DNA from: an uncultured Gemmatimonadales bacterium
Lineage (GTDB): Bacteria > Gemmatimonadota > Gemmatimonadetes > Longimicrobiales > Gaopeijiaceae
Length of the DNA: 64,000 nucleotides
NCBI GenBank assembly: GCA_963823035.1
Contig: CAWGKG010000018.1
Span: 529,823 to 593,822, forward strand
Reading direction: 5' to 3'
Positions 57,870 to 64,000 of this stretch are shown here, piece after piece. The position numbers were made by a program, and so were the translations under genes. A model generated the notes under the pieces. The model saw only the letters and a program-made list of their open reading frames with translations, was not told the DNA's origin and ran no database searches. Positions within the stretch are counted from its first letter, which is position 1. Each line of letters starts with the position of its first letter.

Positions 57870-58580
57870 CTATCCGGTCTGGCGCAGATCGGGCCCCAGC
57901 ACCCGCTTGGCACCACCGCGCTGCGCCGAGGGCAACCGGATCAGCGTGGCCATGGCATCGGCCAGCTTGTTCGACACCGGCTCGCCCTCGATCTGCTGTT
58001 CGAGGAACCAGTCGACGAGGCAGTCCTTCTTGCCCTGGTCCTCGGGCGTGATTCCGAACTTCGCAATCGCCGCCTGCATCAGCTCGAGATAGGGCGTCGT
58101 GTAGGGCACCGTGTCCGTGCCAGTCGCGGGACGGACCGCGGGCACGTAATCCGGCCAGATCGCCTTCACGAGGAAACGCGCCACGCGGATGTCGATGAAT
58201 TCCCAATCCCGCGCGGTAAGGCGCCCGAATGAGTATTTGCCCTCGCGCCACTGCTCCGGGCGGATGCTGGTGTGGTAGCCCGAATGCAGACCGAAACCGC
58301 TACTACTGCCGCCGTTGCCCCAGCCATGCGTCCGCTCCTCGGTGTATCGGCCCTGCGCCAGAAGATCCCCGTCTCGCAGCGCGACGAGCAACTCGGTCTC
58401 CGCCTCCGCCTTCCACGCGATCGTCGGGTCCTGCGGCGGGTTCCAGGTCTGGTATGCCGGCACCGGTTTGGGCGGCAGCTTCGCCGCTTCCACCGCGCGC
58501 CGCGCGACCGTCACGTTCTGCACATGGGCCAGCGCCTCTGCATAACTCCATTGGGTACGGTCGAGCGTCTGCAGCGACAT
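57870..58580 (-). CDS. Element hypothetical protein
   Basis: Intact ORF from MSLQTLDR; C-terminal YTTPYLELM...MATLIRLP..QRGG. Confidence 0.75.
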   Translation of the reverse strand: MSLQTLDRTQWSYAEALAHVQNVTVARRAVEAAKLPPKPVPAYQTWNPPQDPTIAWKAEAETELLVALRDGDLLAQGRYTEERTHGWGNGGSSSGFGLHSGYHTSIRPEQWREGKYSFGRLTARDWEFIDIRVARFLVKAIWPDYVPAVRPATGTDTVPYTTPYLELMQAAIAKFGITPEDQGKKDCLVDWFLEQQIEGEPVSNKLADAMATLIRLPSAQRGGAKRVLGPDLRQTG

Positions 58581-58747
58581 GGGCGGCCTCGTGAATCGAT
58601 TGGGGACAGGTCGAACATAATGGGAACGCCCTGACCCCTCAACCCACCACGGTGTTGCAACACCGAAGGGGTTCACCCTTTCCGGACGGGCACGGGGTGA
58701 CCCGTTCCGAGGTCGCGGTCATCGGCGCAATCCGGCACCGATGGATC

Positions 58748-58968
58748 ATGATGTTCGATCCCGGTCCCATTCGTCGCCCCAACCCACTCGCCCCTTCGGC
58801 GATGACGCCCGCCGAGCGCCGCACCGAGCTGTGCGGCCTGCTGGCGCTCGGGCTGGTTCGGTTGCGGATGCGGGAGGGGGGCGAAGTATCTGACGATACT
58901 GGAGAAAGTTGCCTACACTATCCGCCCGACCAATGCCGTCATGCAACTCCAACACACCGGAGAAACGC

Positions 58969-58972
<4 letters not shown>
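58748..58972 (+). CDS. Small hypothetical protein preceding DUF2924
   Basis: PNPL.P..MTPAERR.ELCGLLALGLVRL; ATGA overlap with the next gene. Confidence 0.6.
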
Positions 58973-59420
<448 letters not shown>

Positions 59421-59424
<4 letters not shown>

Positions 59425-60720
59425 CGAAGCCGCCGGAAAAATCGAAGGTCGTCCGCAAGCTCCGCTGCGCCGTCTACACCCGGAAATCCTCCGAGGAAGG
59501 GCTGGAGCAGGAGTTCAACTCGCTCCACGCCCAGCGCGAGGCCTGCGAGGCCTACATCGCCAGCCAGCGGTCCGAGGGCTGGGTGCTGGTCCGCGATCAG
59601 TATGACGACGGCGGCATCTCCGGCGGCACGCTGGAGCGCCCCGGCCTGCAGCGTCTGCTGGAGGACATCGAGGACGGGCTGGTCGACGTGGTCGTGGTCT
59701 ACAAGATCGACCGCCTCTGCCGCTCGCTGGCGGATTTCGCCAAGCTGGTCGAGGTGTTCGACCGGAACGGCGTGACCTTCGTCTCGGTGACGCAGTCCTT
59801 CAACACCACCACGTCGATGGGGCGGCTGACGCTGAACATCCTGCTCTCCTTCGCCCAGTTCGAGCGCGAGGTGACGGCCGAGCGCATCCGCGACAAGGTC
59901 GCCGCCAGCCGGATGAAGGGCATGTGGATGGGCGGGGTGCCGCCCTTCGGCTACGACGTCGAGAACCGGAAGCTGGTGGTCGACGAGGAAGACGCCGCGC
60001 ATGTCCGCTGGATCTTCGCCCGCTTCCTCGAGATCGGGTCGTGAACGGAACTGGCGCGGGAGGTCGGCGAAGCGCGGCATCCGGACGCCGCGCGGCAACC
60101 GGATCGACAAGAAGTACCTCTACCGGATGCTCAACAACCGCGCCTACATCGGCGAGGCGGTCCACAAGGGCGACGGCTATCCCGGCGAGCACGACGCCAT
60201 CATCGACCGCGAGACGTGGGACCGAGTCCACGCCATCCTGCAGGAGAGCCCCCGAAAGCGCGCCGCGCGCACCCGCGCCGATACGCCCGCGCTGCTGAAG
60301 GGGCTGCTGTTCGGCCCCGATGGCGCCGCGTTCTCGCCGACGCATACCCGCAAGGGCGGCAGGCTCTACCGATACTATGTCAGCCAGACCGTGCTGAAGC
60401 ATGGTGCAGGATCTTGCCCGGTCGGCCGCGTGCCCGCGGGCGAGATCGAGGCCGCCGTGATCGACCAGCTCCGCGCCGTGTTCCGCCAGCCCGAGATCGT
60501 GGCGGGGACATGGAAGGCGGCGCGGGCACAGGACGGCGAAATCACCGAGGCCGACGCCCGCGCGGCCCTGCAGCAGCTCGACCCGCTGTGGGACGAACTG
60601 TTCCCCGCCGAGCAGGCGCGCATCGTGGCGCTGCTGGTCGAGCGCGTAGACATCGGCACCGACGGCCTGAACGTGCGGTTGCGGCTCGATGGATTGCGAG
60701 CTCGCACAGGAAATCTCATC
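59421..60720 (+). CDS. Large serine recombinase (resolvase + recombinase domain), indels near 60040-60070
   Basis: CAVYTRKSS, YDDGGISGG..ERPGLQRLL, YKIDRL.RS, SFAQFERE, GGVPPFGY, YIGE, HDAIID; 3' end approximate. Confidence 0.88.
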
Positions 60721-60734
60721 AGAAAGGACTGCAG

Positions 60735-61290
60735 CATGAGCGATCAACTTCCGCATCTGGAGCAAGCCGCACGGGCGGCCCACACCGCCATCGGCGCACA
60801 CGAGAAGGCCGCGGCCGAGAAGGCGTTGCCGCCAGTGCCGCGTTGGTCGAAGCGAAATCCCTCGTCAGGCATGGAGAATGGAAGATCTGGCTCGCAGGAA
60901 CAGGAATTCCGGAGCGTTCCGCGCAACGTTACATGGCACTCGCAAAGGGTGGTCTGAGATCCGCCATCATCACGATCTGGGCCTTGCCGAAGCCGCCAGG
61001 CTGGCAGGCCTGGGCATCGCCTTTGGCCAGAAGACGACCAGGTCCACCATGCGGAGGGGGTCGAAGAGAACCATGTCGCCGAAGCCATCTGGCTGCGACA
61101 GGCGGATGAATAGCGTCACATACGCGGCGCGCCACATGATCGGTGGGAATCCGCTCTCTGCGTGCAGTATCCTTCCATCACGCAGCCATGGCTGCTGGGC
61201 CTGTTCCACGACGGTTTCCCGAGCCTCGCCGGGCCGATCCGGTGCCTTTCACCCGAGGATTCGGCGGCGGTCATCAATCGCATAGAGGCA
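60735..61290 (+). pseudogene. DUF3102-like protein, frameshifted
   Basis: MSDQLPHL... then LVEAKSLVRHGEWKIWL...IPERSAQRYM in a shifted frame. Confidence 0.5.
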
Positions 61291-61300
61291 GGGCTCTGAG

Positions 61301-61690
61301 ATGTCCTCCAGCTTTCCCGTCCCCGAGACCGTGACGCTCCACGTCCCGTTCCGCGTCGTGAAGCGCGGCGGGCGGGGAAATGCAGATGCCGGCCGGCGCC
61401 ACGCCCTCGCGGCGACCGACAACACGCTGGTCAAGGCGCTGGCCCGCGCCTTCCGCTGGAAGAGGATGCTGGAGTCGGGCGAGTTCGCCACCATCGCCGA
61501 ACTGGCCGAGCGAGAGGGGATCGCGCCCTCCTACATGACGCGCGTCCTGCGCCTGACACTGCTCGCGCCAGACATCGTCGAGGCGATCCTGGACGGGAAG
61601 CAAGGGCCGGAGGTGACGCTGGCGCGGGTGCTAGAACCGTTTCCAATGGAGTGGGAGCAGCAGGCGGTCCACTTCGAGAGTGTTGGCTGA
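61301..61690 (+). CDS. Recombinase-associated hypothetical HTH protein
   Basis: VTLHVPFRVVKRGGR, LARAFRWKRMLESG, RVLRLTLLAPDIVEAILDG. Confidence 0.75.
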   Translation: MSSSFPVPETVTLHVPFRVVKRGGRGNADAGRRHALAATDNTLVKALARAFRWKRMLESGEFATIAELAEREGIAPSYMTRVLRLTLLAPDIVEAILDGKQGPEVTLARVLEPFPMEWEQQAVHFESVG

Positions 61691-62012
61691 ACGGCCGTTT
61701 GCGACCGGTGCGGCGATCGGCCGAATCGAGCCCGTTGCCGGAACTCCCTTTCGCTGTAGATTTCGCGCCTGCGGCATCATGCGGCAACTCCTGGCGAGCC
61801 ACGGCGCAGCCTCAGAACCGGACGTTTGCGGCCCGCGGTATCCAGGTGGCCGCTTCGGTCCCGGACATCTGATCTCACTGCGACGGCACACTGTGCGCTG
61901 GAGGGCTGGGAACTGTGGAATACCACTTCTCTTGCATCCACCGTTAGCGACCCATCATCGACATCTACTTCGGTTGATCTCCAATCGATCCTTTGGACTG
62001 TGCCTGCAAGGG

Positions 62013-63776
62013 TCAAGCTGGCTCTCCCTCGCTCGAGCGCCGCTCTTCATGTTCTGCATCGGCTGAGTTTTCGCCCCCGCTCATCTCCAGGTACGTCGTC
62101 TGCGAGGGGAACGCGAAATCGGCACCGCACGCCTTCACGATGTCGGCGATACGCAGAAGGATGTCCTCTTGTATGGCGAGAAAGGTGTCCTGATCGCGGA
62201 CATAGCAAGTAGGCGAAAATCTCGAGGTCTAGGGAATAGGCGCCGAAACCGACGAACCGCACCCGCGCCGGATCTTCCATTACCCGAGGATGATTGGCGA
62301 GCAGCTTGCGTAGCTCCTCCAGAACATGACGGAGTTGATCAGGTGTGGTTTCGTAGGCGCAGGCCCAGCACCGTCCTGAACAAACGCTGATCGCGTGGCG
62401 CGAAAATTGTCGAGTTGCATCTGCGAAAATTCGGCATTTGGAATCGTAACGATCGTCCGCTCCAGCGAGCGAACCCTTGTCGACCGCAAACCGATCTGCT
62501 CGACAGTGCCAGATTTGGTCGCCGGTCGCGGCAAAAGTCACCTACCCGCACCGGCGGTGTCTGCGAATAGGGTCAAGCCACCGATAACGTTCTCCAGGGT
62601 CGGCCGGATGGCAAGGGCGAATGGCGAGACCGCCAACCCCGAGGCCAGCCACCAACGGGGCAATAGGGATGCCGACGGCGCCCGCGGCGTAGATACCGAG
62701 GTAGACGAGAATGACGATGCTGATCAAACGGAAAAGGATCCGCAACAGCGCGACGTCCAGCCCGCGCGTGTCGGTTGATCCTTCCTGCCTGAACGCGAAA
62801 CCGTCGGCGAGGCGAGAGGAAACCACCAGGACAAACCAGGCGAGGCCACCCACCTGCACCGCCAGTGCAATGTAGGACACGGTCGCGAGTGGAAATTTCA
62901 TACAGGCCAATCGCGTTGGTGGAAATGCTCTTCACCAGGCTTAGGCGATCCAGACAGCCAATAGAAGCGCCAGCGGCACGCCAATCCGTAAGGATGGCCG
63001 GATCGAGCGTTGTTCTTTGCCCCACCACACTCCCAAGCGATCGGCGACCCAGATCACGGCCCCTGCCAATGACAAGCAGCAGGACCCCGGAAATCCATTG
63101 CCAGATGCCTTGGCCCCAAACCGCCATTTGCGCCCAGCCAGGCAACCTGTCAAAATCCTTTGAAATCCAAGGCCCTGGCGTAGAGATGTATTCGTTGTAA
63201 TACCTACGCTTGCGCCAGATTTGTATGGAAGATCCCGCGCCAATGAATAGTAATCATTGAGATTTTCGACCGTTTCCTTTGTGAACAGGAACTCGCCCGC
63301 GTCTGGGCCCTCCTTGATCTGGGCGATCTCGATCTTCGTATTGGGAACGGTGCAGCGCATGATGCCCTCTTGCGCAACCTGCTCATCGTCCGGAATGGCT
63401 GAAAACGGCGGAAGCGACACTCTGTCGAGGATTTCCTTGAGCAAAAGCATCTTGGTGGTGATGGTCGTGGATCGATCGACGTCTGTGAGATCTCGCTGAA
63501 GTCGAAGGTATCGGCGGCACGCAACGGCAACCTTCGATGCCGGAGTGGCGGCTTGTCGTTTTGCCAGTCGTCAATGGCTGTGGTGATGTCGAGAAGGTCG
63601 GTTCGAAAGGTGTCGCGCGGACTTGATGTGTCCGCAGCCCGCAACGGATAGGGATTTTCTATCGCGCTAAGGATAGACGCCAAGATGGCTGGTTTGCGCC
63701 GTTTCAACTGCGACGCAGGAAGCGCCAGGACGGGGGCAGATCCCCAGAGAGCCCGCCTGAAAGCAATCCTGATCAT
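62013..63776 (-). pseudogene. MscS mechanosensitive channel family protein, multiply frameshifted
   Basis: Fragments [71 protein letters not shown] across several frames. Confidence 0.75.
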
Positions 63777-64000
63777 TCTGTGTCGTTCCTTCCTGATCGC
63801 GACCTCGTCTCTGGATACAGACATCCTCCTGGCCCATGGCGTCTGTCCCGGTTGGACGCCTGATGATTTCCGGATGGGCCACGGCGAGCCAGATGTCCTT
63901 GCATCACGGGAGGTCAACTTCGGAGAAGTATCTCAGTGCGCCCTCGTGGAATGGCACGTCCAGATCCGACTTGCTCATTTGATCTTCGGTCAGCGACAGG

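Overview
High-GC bacterial window with two distinct parts. Bases 1-~52795 look like Gemmatimonadota chromosome (inferred from gene content): dinB, a BtpA-family gene, an AGCS symporter, a fatty-acid desaturase, an M20 amidohydrolase, an Ada-like repair gene, sahR-ahcY, a TonB-dependent receptor, PadR plus ADOP permease, a pilB-pilT-pilC/comEA/sprA block, lptFG, a Ser/Ser dapF variant, and metH preceded by a SAM-II-like riboswitch. An accessory block at ~20.6-31.3 kb sits inside this part. Its most interesting section is a compact cluster: O-methyltransferase, Gfo/Idh/MocA dehydrogenase, divergent guanylate kinase, class-III aminotransferase and an NDP-kinase-like/nucleotidyltransferase fusion. 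This looks like an uncharacterised modified-nucleotide pathway. It is followed by a peptidoglycan-binding Cys/His enzyme, a membrane-anchored TIR protein and a catalytically degenerate FolE2. At ~52797 metH is cut off and joined to the middle of a gene from an alphaproteobacterial-type integrative/prophage-like element (primase-helicase with an internal duplication, DUF2924, large serine recombinase, MscS cargo). That part is full of indels, and the junction may be an assembly chimera. Single-base frameshifts in conserved genes across the window suggest uncorrected long-read errors rather than real pseudogenes. All family assignments come from motif recognition by eye; no database searches were run.
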